64,000 bases of DNA from an uncultured Acidobacteriaceae bacterium (lineage in GTDB: Bacteria > Acidobacteriota > Terriglobia > Terriglobales > Acidobacteriaceae): positions 17,482-81,481 of the forward strand of contig CAWFIB010000005.1 of the NCBI GenBank assembly GCA_963815775.1, read 5' to 3'. The notes beneath the pieces are model-generated. The model was not told the DNA's origin and did no database searches. It worked only from the letters and a program-made list of their open reading frames with translations. Position numbers and translations under genes: made by a program. Shown one piece after another: positions 17,994 to 26,748 of the stretch. The first letter of the stretch is position 1, and every line of letters begins with the position of its first letter.

Positions 17994-19028
17994 ATGAAAC
18001 TGTCAGCTATCGCGTCAGCCCTGGGAGCAACTCTGGACAACGGCAACCCCGACCTGGAGATTAACGGTGTGGCCGGGATCGAGGAAGCCACCGCCGGACA
18101 GATCACCTTCATCGCCAACCCGAAGTATGTCGCGGCGGCGAAGACTACCGCTGCATCGGCTATCCTGGTGGGACAGGACTTCCCCGCGGGAAGCACAGCG
18201 TTGCTGCGCAGCGATAATCCCTATCTCGCTTTCGCGCGCGCCATCGACCTGTTCTACCAAGCGCCGCACTATCCGCCCGGAATACATCACACTGCGATCA
18301 TCGCAAGTTCGGCGCGCCTTGGCGCCCACGCGCATGTGGGAGCCTACGTGGTCATCGGGGAAGAAGTGCAGATTGGCGACGACGCCGTGCTGCTGCCCCA
18401 TGTAGTGATCTATCGCGGTGCGCATATAGGAAAGAACTTCCTGGCTCATGCTCACGCCGTGGTGCGGGAGTTCTGCACCCTGGGCGACAATGTCATTCTG
18501 CAAAATGGAGCGGTCATTGGGGCTGATGGTTTTGGCTTCGCGCGGGACGGCGAGCGATGGCAGAAGATCGCGCAATCTGGTCCTGCCATCCTGGAGAGCG
18601 AAGTAGAAGTCCAGGCCAACGCGTGCGTCGACCGTGCCAGTATCGGTGAAACGCGGGTAAGCCGTGGCGCTAAAATCGATAACCTGGCACAGGTAGGCCA
18701 TGGTTCCGCGGTGGGGGAAAATAGCTTGCTCTGCGCGCAGGTGGGACTGGCGGGCTCCAGCGTGATTGGAAAGAACGCAATACTGGCGGGACAGGCGGGC
18801 GTTGCCGGACATTGCCGGGTCGGCGACAACGTTATCGTCACCGCGCAGAGCGGGACTCATGGCGACATTCCCGCAGGCAGTGTGGTCAGCGGCAGCCCGG
18901 CATTCGATAACAAACAGTGGTTGCGCGCAGTGGCCGTATTCAGCAGACTGCCTGAACTGGCCCGAGCGCTGCGGCGGCTGGCGCCGGATGAGACTCCTGG
19001 CATGGACAGCCCCGGAGAGGAGAGCTAG
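17994..19028 (+). CDS. lpxD: UDP-3-O-acylglucosamine N-acyltransferase
   Basis: MKLSAIASALGATL...GVAGIEEATAGQITFIANPKY is followed by left-handed beta-helix hexapeptide repeats. ATG at 17994. Confidence 0.9.
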   Translation: MKLSAIASALGATLDNGNPDLEINGVAGIEEATAGQITFIANPKYVAAAKTTAASAILVGQDFPAGSTALLRSDNPYLAFARAIDLFYQAPHYPPGIHHTAIIASSARLGAHAHVGAYVVIGEEVQIGDDAVLLPHVVIYRGAHIGKNFLAHAHAVVREFCTLGDNVILQNGAVIGADGFGFARDGERWQKIAQSGPAILESEVEVQANACVDRASIGETRVSRGAKIDNLAQVGHGSAVGENSLLCAQVGLAGSSVIGKNAILAGQAGVAGHCRVGDNVIVTAQSGTHGDIPAGSVVSGSPAFDNKQWLRAVAVFSRLPELARALRRLAPDETPGMDSPGEES

Positions 19029-19059
19029 CTCCCTGACCGGCGGAGCGCTTTATTTTTTT
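19028..19059 (+). terminator. possible intrinsic terminator after lpxD
   Basis: A short gctcc/ggagc stem is followed by gctttattttttt. The T-tract is strong and the stem is weak. Confidence 0.4.
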
Positions 19060-19106
19060 AGGTCTGAAGTGACCCGCACGGCTTGTATTGATTCTAACTT
19101 TCCAGG

Positions 19107-19910
19107 ATGACCGAGGATACAACCAAACCGCGACCCACCGACACTGGTCCGCAACTGGTCTCAGCAACTCCTATACGAGTACTGTTGCTGGATGATCGCG
19201 AGGACAACCTTATCCTGCGCGCGGCGATCCTGCGCCAGAAGGGCTATAAGGTCGTCACCTCGAGTTCCATCGAAGAGGCGCAGACGAAGTTGCAGGAAAT
19301 CGATATTGCTGTCCTCGACTATCACCTGGGCGCAGGAAAGTTCGGCACTGATGTAGCGAATACCCTGCGGCGCACCCGCCCGCAGGTTCCCATCATCATC
19401 ATGTCCGCCACCCTGGAGCGAAAGTTTGGCGGCATCGCCGACATGCATTTGCTGAAAGGCTATAGTTCGGTGGACGACCTGCTGGGCGCGCTTCGCACCT
19501 TTGAGGCGAAAAAACGTGGCCGGCCTGTAGTGGTCGACGCGCGCGACTTCTACTACTCGCGGATTTCCATGGCCATGGGAGAGGACATTGTGCTGGAGAT
19601 TCTCGATCGCGCCGGCATCTGGCAGTACGTCAACGACTACTTTGCGGCCATGAACAGCCACAAGCGTTCCTGGTTTGTGGGCAGAAATCTGTTCGACCAA
19701 TTCCCCACGCTGGGAGAGGATTGGCGCGAGACGCTGCGGACGGTCTGCGACACGCGCGAGACCTATATCGACCGCCGTGGATTTCAGGGCACATCGCACT
19801 TGCCGCTCAAGAACACCCACTGGAGCTGGAACGTACTCATCTTCCCCATCAAGCTGCATGATGATCGTGACGGCGCGGTGCTGACCGCCAGGCTGATCGA
19901 AAGAAAATAG
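19107..19910 (+). CDS. orphan response regulator (REC domain) with a C-terminal PAS-like domain
   Basis: IRVLLLDDREDNL...IDIAVLDYHLG...IIIMSA is the REC signature with a phospho-acceptor Asp. The C-terminal ~120 aa look PAS-like. There is no adjacent kinase. Confidence 0.8.
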   Translation: MTEDTTKPRPTDTGPQLVSATPIRVLLLDDREDNLILRAAILRQKGYKVVTSSSIEEAQTKLQEIDIAVLDYHLGAGKFGTDVANTLRRTRPQVPIIIMSATLERKFGGIADMHLLKGYSSVDDLLGALRTFEAKKRGRPVVVDARDFYYSRISMAMGEDIVLEILDRAGIWQYVNDYFAAMNSHKRSWFVGRNLFDQFPTLGEDWRETLRTVCDTRETYIDRRGFQGTSHLPLKNTHWSWNVLIFPIKLHDDRDGAVLTARLIERK

Positions 19911-19914
19911 CCTA

Positions 19915-19941
19915 GAAAAAAGCGCCCGACATTTCGGGCGC
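19915..19941 (-). terminator. intrinsic terminator (possibly bidirectional) between convergent genes
   Basis: Perfect 8-bp stem gcgcccga/tcgggcgc with a 4-nt loop. On the minus strand it is followed by tttttt. Confidence 0.6.
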
Positions 19942-19966
19942 CGTATGGGCAATACCGAACTGGTGG

Positions 19967-20221
19967 TTATGCCGCTCTGCCTCTCCGTTTTCTCTCCGCC
20001 CAGCGTTTCTTCATCATTTCAGAAATGCGCTTACGGGCTGCCGGGCTCATGGTGCGCTTCTTTGGCATGGCAACAACGCTGGCATAGCGGTTGGGGTTCT
20101 TAGGTGGCCGTCCGCGACGCGGTGCAGAAGAAATGCCCTGAAGACTTTCCAGGGCGGCTATAGCCTGATTGACCCGATCTCGCTCGGTTTGCAGTTGTTC
20201 AAGCACGCTCTTTAGATCCAT
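19967..20221 (-). CDS. small basic protein with an N-terminal coiled coil and an AT-hook-like RGRPPK motif
   Basis: 84 aa. MDLKSVLEQLQTERDRVNQAIAALESLQG is followed by APRRGRPPKNP and a Lys/Arg-rich tail (KKRWAERKRRGRAA). Confidence 0.6.
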   Translation of the reverse strand: MDLKSVLEQLQTERDRVNQAIAALESLQGISSAPRRGRPPKNPNRYASVVAMPKKRTMSPAARKRISEMMKKRWAERKRRGRAA

Positions 20222-20532
20222 TCTTATTCCTCTCTACAGCAAAGTAAGAATAGTCTAACAAATCTGCCGGCTTCTTATGCCTTGTCCGGTCGCCTGCCGT
20301 ATCTAATGAACAAATATCGCTACCAGTGACCTAATTGGAGTTCGACCGTCAAAAAGATGCCTAGACTTTGAGCCTGACATCTCGTCAATCTCGTCGCTCG
20401 CGAACCGCCTGGGAGACAAAGAATGGAACGGCTTCGCGCTGCGATGTGAATAAGAGACAGGCAATCGATATAAGGAGCCTGGGCCTCTCCGGTCATTAGC
20501 GGGGAGTCACTTTCGGGTGTTACCATAACCAC

Positions 20533-21153
20533 GTGCGGCGATCTCTATATTCTCAACTGCTGGGCCTCGCATTCCTCACCGCTGTCGCTATCTGTGTGTC
20601 GCTGACGGCGTGCGGCAACTTCTTTCCGTCGGCGAATGCGATCGTGTCCCTGACGCTGTCTCCTCTGAATGCGAGCATCGCGCCGGGGGGGGTTCAGCAG
20701 TACACGGCCACGGCGACTTACGGCAACAACACCTCAGGCGATGCGACCAGTCAGGTGAGCTGGAGCTCGTCGACCAGCAATATCGCCACCATCAATAGCA
20801 CTGGATTGGCGACGGCCGGGTCTCTGCTGGGGACAACCACGATTGCCGCCAAATCAGGCAGCGTCATTGCTCAGACCGGGCTGACGGTCAGCAATCAAAG
20901 CGTTACCAGCGTTACGGTATCGCCTTCCAGCGTGAGCTTGATCTCAGGACAGACCCAGCAGCTTACCGCAACGGCAACCTTTTCCAACAACTCCAGTAGC
21001 AATGTCACCAACTCGGCAACGTGGAATTCGAGCGATACCACGATTGCGACTGTGAGCAGCACCGGACTGGTCACGGCGATTGCAACCGGAACGGCTACCG
21101 TCACCGCCAGCTATGGTGGGCAGAGCGGCAATGCGACGATAACCGTACAGTAG
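20533..21153 (+). CDS. lipoprotein with two bacterial Ig-like (Big_2) domains
   Basis: Lipobox LTAC. There are two repeats of the pattern LSP...I..G..QQ.TATATY/FSNN...DVT....W.SS....ATI...GL.TA...GT..I.A. Confidence 0.75.
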   Translation: MRRSLYSQLLGLAFLTAVAICVSLTACGNFFPSANAIVSLTLSPLNASIAPGGVQQYTATATYGNNTSGDATSQVSWSSSTSNIATINSTGLATAGSLLGTTTIAAKSGSVIAQTGLTVSNQSVTSVTVSPSSVSLISGQTQQLTATATFSNNSSSNVTNSATWNSSDTTIATVSSTGLVTAIATGTATVTASYGGQSGNATITVQ

Positions 21154-21326
21154 GACCTGGGATTCCTATGAGAGCGCCGGCAAGTTATCCCAGTGAAGTG
21201 GGTGCGATTTAATAGGGCACTCTTAAGGGGCTTGCGGGCTGAAACCGGCTCGGGTTGCACAAATAAAAGGCGTTTTCGGCACGACCAAGCAGATTGCTGA
21301 ACAACTCTCGAAAGCAGATTCCGCGC

Positions 21327-21440
21327 GGACTAAAGTCCGATCGAAAACCTCCGGGGCTAAAGCCCAGCTTTATTCCAGCCACTTATGGACGGCCTGAAGG
21401 CCGTCCCCTTCAAAGCCCGGGTTGATCCGACTTTCCCTAA
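21327..21440 (-). repeat. second copy (inverse orientation) of the 3306-3410 element
   Basis: The reverse complement reads ttagggaaagtcggatcaacccgggctttgaaggggacggccttcaggccgtccataagtg... The 3306 copy reads ttagggaaggtctgattaagtccggactttgaaggggacggccttcaggccgttcataagtg. Confidence 0.8.
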
Positions 21441-21455
21441 CGCCGAGATCGGTGT

Positions 21456-23453
21456 TCAATAATTCACGCTGAAATTAAGAAGATGCCAGTTCACCAGGAA
21501 GAAGGCATAACCCAGGCAGGCGAACATCAGCAGCGTATTCCAGATTCTCGTCCAGAACCAGAGATCAAATTCTCGCCACGAGCGTACAAAGTACCAGATA
21601 CCTACCAGGCCACCCAATACATCGAGCAGCGCTAGTGCTTCCAGAACGCGGAGCCGTCCGTCGAAACGGCTGCTCAGCAGGCCAATGTTGTTCTGCGCCA
21701 TCACACTCCAGACTGCAACCACCACCAGCAGGCCGAGGTTGAGCAGACACGTTATCCGCATCCATCGCCTGGCACGGCGATATTCCGTGCTCAAGGAAAG
21801 CCTGTCGCTATAATGGCGCCGCAACAAAGCATTGATGGGCCAGAAGAGCAGTGTAAGCACAAACATCATCACGGAGAAAAGCAGAATCGTGAGGTTAAGC
21901 CGCTGCCTCTTCCACAACGGAACCGGCTGAAGTACCAGGATGGGGACGTCGGTCACGATAACGCGCCGCCCTGCGTAGTCATCGACAAAGGCCAGCCGGC
22001 CTTGCCCATGCTCGTCGCGAAACAGCATAGGGGCAATCTCGCGGAAGTGCTTCAAGTTTCCTGCAAAGTCCTTAGCAAACGTGAAGCTGATGGTCCCGTC
22101 AGAGTTCGCCTTGACTTTACCCTGCCCGAAAAGGGAGCCAACAGAAACCACAGTGGTGTCTGAGCGCCGGCTCGACCAGTAACTTCCCACAACTGATTTC
22201 GCGTCCTTCTGGGCACTGTCAATAGTCTCGGCTTTCGGCGGAGTATAGGGGTAGTAGCGGTTCAGAAAGCTCTGCCAGAGTATGGTGCGCGGCGAGCCTT
22301 CGCCCTTGCCCGCGCTGTTGTACGAAACGAAGAAGCCGAGATTCTGATCGGGCATGAGGTGCATATCGCTGTGGAACCACTGCGTATCGCCTCCATGGCC
22401 GATGATGCGGTGGCCGTTGCGGGCCTCTTCGAAAAACCCATAGGCCATACCGTTCATCTCCGGCGCCAGGCCAAAGGCCCGCGAGTGCATGAGCTGAGCG
22501 GTGTCCGGCTTCAGTATGCGATTGCCGTTGTATTCGCCGCTCTGAAGATGAGCGATCATGTACCTGGCCATGTCAGCGCCACTCACCGACATGCTGCCGG
22601 CAGGATAGGCTTCCACAAATTCAAAGCCCTTCGCCGGGTCAGAAGCTTTGTCGTAGCCTTCCGACATCAGCGGCTTCAGGTTCTCGGGCAGCGGTTGCTG
22701 AAAAGTAGAGTGCGCCATGCCCAGCGGCTGAAGGATGTTTCGTTCCACGTACTCGTCGAAAGGTAAGCCAGAGACGCGACTCACGATATAGCCGGCAAGC
22801 GCAGCGCCATAGTTGGAATAGGCCGGGGTCGTTCCCGGAGGGTAAATCTGTTTGGGTAGCCGCTTCTTCAGATAGCGGTCCAGCGGGTAAAGATCGGAGG
22901 CGTTGGCGACGAACAGCTCCTTGATCGACTCTTCCCAGCCGGGAGTGTGCGTCATCAGGTCGCGCATGGTGATCGGCTTGCCAAATGGCGCGGGGATTCG
23001 GAAGTCAAGATACTCATTCACATCGCGGTCGAGGTCGATCTTGCCCTGCTCGACCAGTTGCATCACCGCAGTCCAGGTAAAGGTTTTGGAAATTGATCCG
23101 GGCCGGAAGAGGGTGTCATCAACGCTCACCGGTTTACGACTCTTCATATCGGAAAAGCCGTAGCCTTGGGCAAACAGCACTTGGCCGTCCTTGACCACCA
23201 CTACGACGGCGCCAGCGATGTCGTCCTTCTGGAGCTGGATCGGCACCACGCCATCGAGAAATGCCTCGACGTCTTCCTTGGTGAGCTTGGGTGCAACCAG
23301 TGCCGTCCCTGGAACCGCTTGCGCCGGAGTGGACAGCTCGGGCGCCGGCTTGGGCTGTGCTGGATTTGTTTCCTGAGGAATCTGCGCGGACAGGAGTGAA
23401 CTGAAGGTTACGGCGAAGAGCAAAGCGCGGCCGGCAAAGTTCAGCTTGATCAT
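21456..23453 (-). CDS. serine hydrolase (beta-lactamase/PBP4-like fold) with a C-terminal multi-TM domain
   Basis: Signal peptide and SxxK motif (SISKTFT). The C-terminal ~170 aa contain 4 hydrophobic helices. Confidence 0.85.
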   Translation of the reverse strand: MIKLNFAGRALLFAVTFSSLLSAQIPQETNPAQPKPAPELSTPAQAVPGTALVAPKLTKEDVEAFLDGVVPIQLQKDDIAGAVVVVVKDGQVLFAQGYGFSDMKSRKPVSVDDTLFRPGSISKTFTWTAVMQLVEQGKIDLDRDVNEYLDFRIPAPFGKPITMRDLMTHTPGWEESIKELFVANASDLYPLDRYLKKRLPKQIYPPGTTPAYSNYGAALAGYIVSRVSGLPFDEYVERNILQPLGMAHSTFQQPLPENLKPLMSEGYDKASDPAKGFEFVEAYPAGSMSVSGADMARYMIAHLQSGEYNGNRILKPDTAQLMHSRAFGLAPEMNGMAYGFFEEARNGHRIIGHGGDTQWFHSDMHLMPDQNLGFFVSYNSAGKGEGSPRTILWQSFLNRYYPYTPPKAETIDSAQKDAKSVVGSYWSSRRSDTTVVSVGSLFGQGKVKANSDGTISFTFAKDFAGNLKHFREIAPMLFRDEHGQGRLAFVDDYAGRRVIVTDVPILVLQPVPLWKRQRLNLTILLFSVMMFVLTLLFWPINALLRRHYSDRLSLSTEYRRARRWMRITCLLNLGLLVVVAVWSVMAQNNIGLLSSRFDGRLRVLEALALLDVLGGLVGIWYFVRSWREFDLWFWTRIWNTLLMFACLGYAFFLVNWHLLNFSVNY

Positions 23454-23686
23454 TGTTTATGCCCAGCTTACACCGCGCTTACAACAATAAGGGTTGCCTT
23501 CTACGGCAACCGAACACAGGCCACAATTTCCTCGGCGGACTTCAAGATTCGGCCCACGGCGGTTCCTGGGCAAAAAAAGCCGAGCTCACGCCAGGATGAA
23601 AATTGTGGTGCGGTTGCGCCTATCTTTGTAACCGCGTAATGCTGCTTTAACATTACAGTCTCGCGAAACATTTACAATCCCGGATT

Positions 23687-24037
23687 ATGCAAGAGAAACC
23701 TCTCGCCATCGAACGCGTTGACAGCCCAGGCGGCACCAGCGTTCTGCGGTTGCATGGCCCTTTGCTGCTGGGCAATTTCTTTAGCTTTCAATCGATGGTC
23801 CGCTCCGATGAGGCTCAAGTACTGATCCTCGACTTGTCGGATGTCCCCTATATTGACTCGGCCGGAATCGGCTGCCTGGTGGGTGCGCACATTTCGCGCG
23901 AGCACGCGAGCCGCAAGCTCATCGTGGCAGGGGCCAGCGAGCGACTCATTAATGCGCTCAAAGTCACGAAGGTCGACCAGCTCTTCCAGTTCGCGACGGA
24001 CATCGAACAGGCCAAGACTCAGGCAGGCGTCAGCTAG
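23687..24037 (+). CDS. STAS-domain protein (anti-sigma-factor antagonist, SpoIIAA-like)
   Basis: 116 aa. LDLSDVPYIDSAGIGCLVGA contains the conserved phosphorylatable Ser context (DSAG). Confidence 0.85.
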   Translation: MQEKPLAIERVDSPGGTSVLRLHGPLLLGNFFSFQSMVRSDEAQVLILDLSDVPYIDSAGIGCLVGAHISREHASRKLIVAGASERLINALKVTKVDQLFQFATDIEQAKTQAGVS

Positions 24038-24093
24038 GGCGCTGAAAAAGTCAAAAATATTGATCGCTCCCCGTTGGCGTCATCCCGATCGGG

Positions 24094-24804
24094 TTACTCT
24101 CCTGAAAATGGCGCGAACTCGCCCGTCTCCGGATCAGCTTGCCGAATTGAGCCGCTGCCGATCTCGTAAACCCATCCCCGGATCATCACCTCGCCGGCGT
24201 TGAGCCGGGATGCCACACTGGGATGGGTCTTCAAATTGGCGATCTGCTGCAACACGTTCGCTTCAGCCAGACGAGTCAGTTTTTCCTCTTCCGGACAACC
24301 GGCGTAGTCGCGCAGTGTGATATGCCTCGCTTCGTTCCCGTGGCGCATCCATTGCTGCACCCCGGGTAGTTCCCCCGTGGTCTCGGGATGAAGCAGCGCT
24401 TTCATGACGCCGCAATCCGTATGGCCGCAGAGGATGATCAGCGGCACTTTCAGGACCAGGTTGGCATATTCCACGCCGGCGGTCACGCCGCCGACGAATT
24501 CGCCGTACTGAGGCACCATGTTTCCCGGATTGCGCTCGGTGAAGATCTCGCCGGCTTCGGTCTGGGTAATCAGGTGGGGGACAATGCGCGAGTCCTCGCA
24601 AGTAATGAAGAAGGCCAGCGGGTCTTGTCCTTTGCTCAGGTGCTCGAACATTGCCCGCTGCGTGGGGAAGATCTCATTCTGAAACTTGCGCACCCCGGCG
24701 GCGATGCGATTCCATGCTGTCTTGATTTTCGCCACACTATCCTTTGCGAATGCGAAACAAAGAGGGCTCCGGCTCTCGGGTTTTTGCGGTTGTTGGCAAA
24801 TCAT
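24094..24804 (-). CDS. beta-class carbonic anhydrase
   Basis: Zinc ligand motifs CEDSR and HTDCG. The start is uncertain: ATG at 24804 was chosen, GTG near 24736 is also possible, and the longest ORF extends to 24852. Confidence 0.85.
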   Translation of the reverse strand: MICQQPQKPESRSPLCFAFAKDSVAKIKTAWNRIAAGVRKFQNEIFPTQRAMFEHLSKGQDPLAFFITCEDSRIVPHLITQTEAGEIFTERNPGNMVPQYGEFVGGVTAGVEYANLVLKVPLIILCGHTDCGVMKALLHPETTGELPGVQQWMRHGNEARHITLRDYAGCPEEEKLTRLAEANVLQQIANLKTHPSVASRLNAGEVMIRGWVYEIGSGSIRQADPETGEFAPFSGE

Positions 24805-24881
24805 TCGGTGGGTGCGCGGGGTCTCGCACCCAATTCTAGCGGCCAAGCACACTCTTCCCCGAGGTGGTAAGCCCGAGTGAT

Positions 24882-26468
24882 CTACTGCAACGCCTTGCCC
24901 AAAAACGCCGACACATCCTGCTTCAGATGCTCCAGTGAACTCGACTTGATGTACATCATGTGTCCGGCGTCGTAGTAGCCCAGGCTGATCTTCCCCTGCT
25001 GCTGCTGATCCAGGCCCATGTGGTTCAGCGTGTAGCGGGTAGCGAAAAACGGGGTTGCCAGGTCGAAATATCCGGATGCCACGAACAGTTTCATATATGG
25101 ATTCTTGATGAATGCCAGGCGCAACGCCTCACTCGTATCGGGGTAGCCTTGTCCGGCGGAGCCCCACTCCCACTGCCCGACGCCGCCGCCGAGGACGTAG
25201 TATTCCAGGTCCGTTTTAAATCCCAGTTCGCTCCGGATGTAGTTATTAAACGTAGCCGTAAACGGAGGCCGTATTGCCGACTCGCTGGGATCGTAATAAC
25301 CATGCGCGGCTTCTGGGCTCACCGGAATGCCGGTGAAGCGGCTGTCAAGCCGTCCCACCTCCAGCTTCTGACTGCGCAACAGCTCGCTGGTGAATACCGG
25401 TTCGCTGATGCGCCCGTTGTGGTAGTCAACCACGCTGCGGTCGAGTCCGGTGAAGCGACTCACCTGGGTGATCATCTCATCGCGCTCTTGCGACGTGAGC
25501 GAGTCGCCCTTACCCAGTGCAAGGGTATACGGCCCGGCGGCGTACTGTTCCGCCTGTGACAGCACACTGGCCAGGTCGAGCTGTTGCAAGTCAGGCGGCA
25601 GTTTCTTGTGATACCACGCGGTCGAGGCATAGCTCGGCAAGTAAAGTATGTACGGCAAATCGTTGCCCACACCGAATTCCAGCGTCTGGAAGTTAAGCAC
25701 AGACGAAACCAGCACCACTCCGTTTAGCGCGATGCCGCGGTTGATGAGATAGCCGCTGAGCCCCGCAGCGCGGGTTGTGCCGTAGCTCTCGCCAACCAGA
25801 AACAGCGGCGAGTTCCAGCGCTGGTAGCGTGTTAGATACAGCCGAATGAAGTCACCCACCGACGCAATGTCGCCTTCGACGCTCCAAAACTTCTTGCCCA
25901 GCTCCTTCGTCGCAGCGCGGCTGAAGCCCGTGCCCACGGGGTCGATAAACACCAAATCGGTCTGGTCCAGCCAGGTCTGCTGATTGTCAATCAGCTCAAA
26001 TGGTGGAGGTGGCATTTCACCGTCGGGCAGCATCTTGACCCGTCGCGGGCCGATCGCTCCCAGGTGCAGCCACACCGATGCCGAACCCGGTCCCCCATTG
26101 AACGAAAACATCAGCGGCCGCTTGCCCGTGGGATTGTCCAGAGTGTAGGCGACGAAGAAGACGTTCGCTTCGATCGCGTCCGTTTCCGGATTACGCAGCG
26201 GCATATATCCCGTAGTCGCGGTGTAGTGCAGCACCTTGCCGCCCACGGTGATCTGGTGATGCGTCACCACCGGAGGCTCTTCCTTCAGCGCTGCGGCCTT
26301 TTCCTTTGCCTCGCCTTTCTCTTTGCCGGACTCGCCCGGATGCTTGCCCGAAGATTCGGAAGATTTGGCAGCTTTCTCGCCCGATTCGTTTTCGTTCTGC
26401 TGGGCGCAGAGATTGAGCCCAAACAGGGCTATGGCGAGGAAGAGAATGGCTGCAAGTGCGCGGCGCAT
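24882..26468 (-). CDS. secreted serine carboxypeptidase (peptidase S10 family)
   Basis: FSFNGGPGSASVWLHLG and GESYGT catalytic Ser motif. I chose the start at MRRALAAILFLAIALFG (signal peptide); the longest ORF extends to 26645. Confidence 0.85.
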   Translation of the reverse strand: MRRALAAILFLAIALFGLNLCAQQNENESGEKAAKSSESSGKHPGESGKEKGEAKEKAAALKEEPPVVTHHQITVGGKVLHYTATTGYMPLRNPETDAIEANVFFVAYTLDNPTGKRPLMFSFNGGPGSASVWLHLGAIGPRRVKMLPDGEMPPPPFELIDNQQTWLDQTDLVFIDPVGTGFSRAATKELGKKFWSVEGDIASVGDFIRLYLTRYQRWNSPLFLVGESYGTTRAAGLSGYLINRGIALNGVVLVSSVLNFQTLEFGVGNDLPYILYLPSYASTAWYHKKLPPDLQQLDLASVLSQAEQYAAGPYTLALGKGDSLTSQERDEMITQVSRFTGLDRSVVDYHNGRISEPVFTSELLRSQKLEVGRLDSRFTGIPVSPEAAHGYYDPSESAIRPPFTATFNNYIRSELGFKTDLEYYVLGGGVGQWEWGSAGQGYPDTSEALRLAFIKNPYMKLFVASGYFDLATPFFATRYTLNHMGLDQQQQGKISLGYYDAGHMMYIKSSSLEHLKQDVSAFLGKALQ

Positions 26469-26748
26469 CAAAGATCGATCTCCTTCATGACTTCCTGAAA
26501 TTGCAAACATGTAAGTTAACCGCCTCAACGCAAAAAGAGCCAGACCGGCACGTAGCCTTGTCTGACTCTCTAATCCAACAATAGCATATCGACCACGGGA
26601 ATCTTCACTCTTGGCTGGATTTATATGTCTTGCCAATTCAACCAATTACCAAGAACTGTTGCATTTTTCCTAATTGACAACCAATCCCGCACTATGACTA
26701 AAGTAACGCCTGAAGGTGCTATTAGCCCCTGGAGCCTCCAAACTCACG

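Noticed and set aside
21420-21440. ggaaagtcgg... on the minus strand resembles the RNase P RNA GGAAAGUCCGG core.
   Set aside because: It is part of the ~105-nt dispersed element that also occurs at 3306-3410, and none of the other RNase P conserved regions is nearby.
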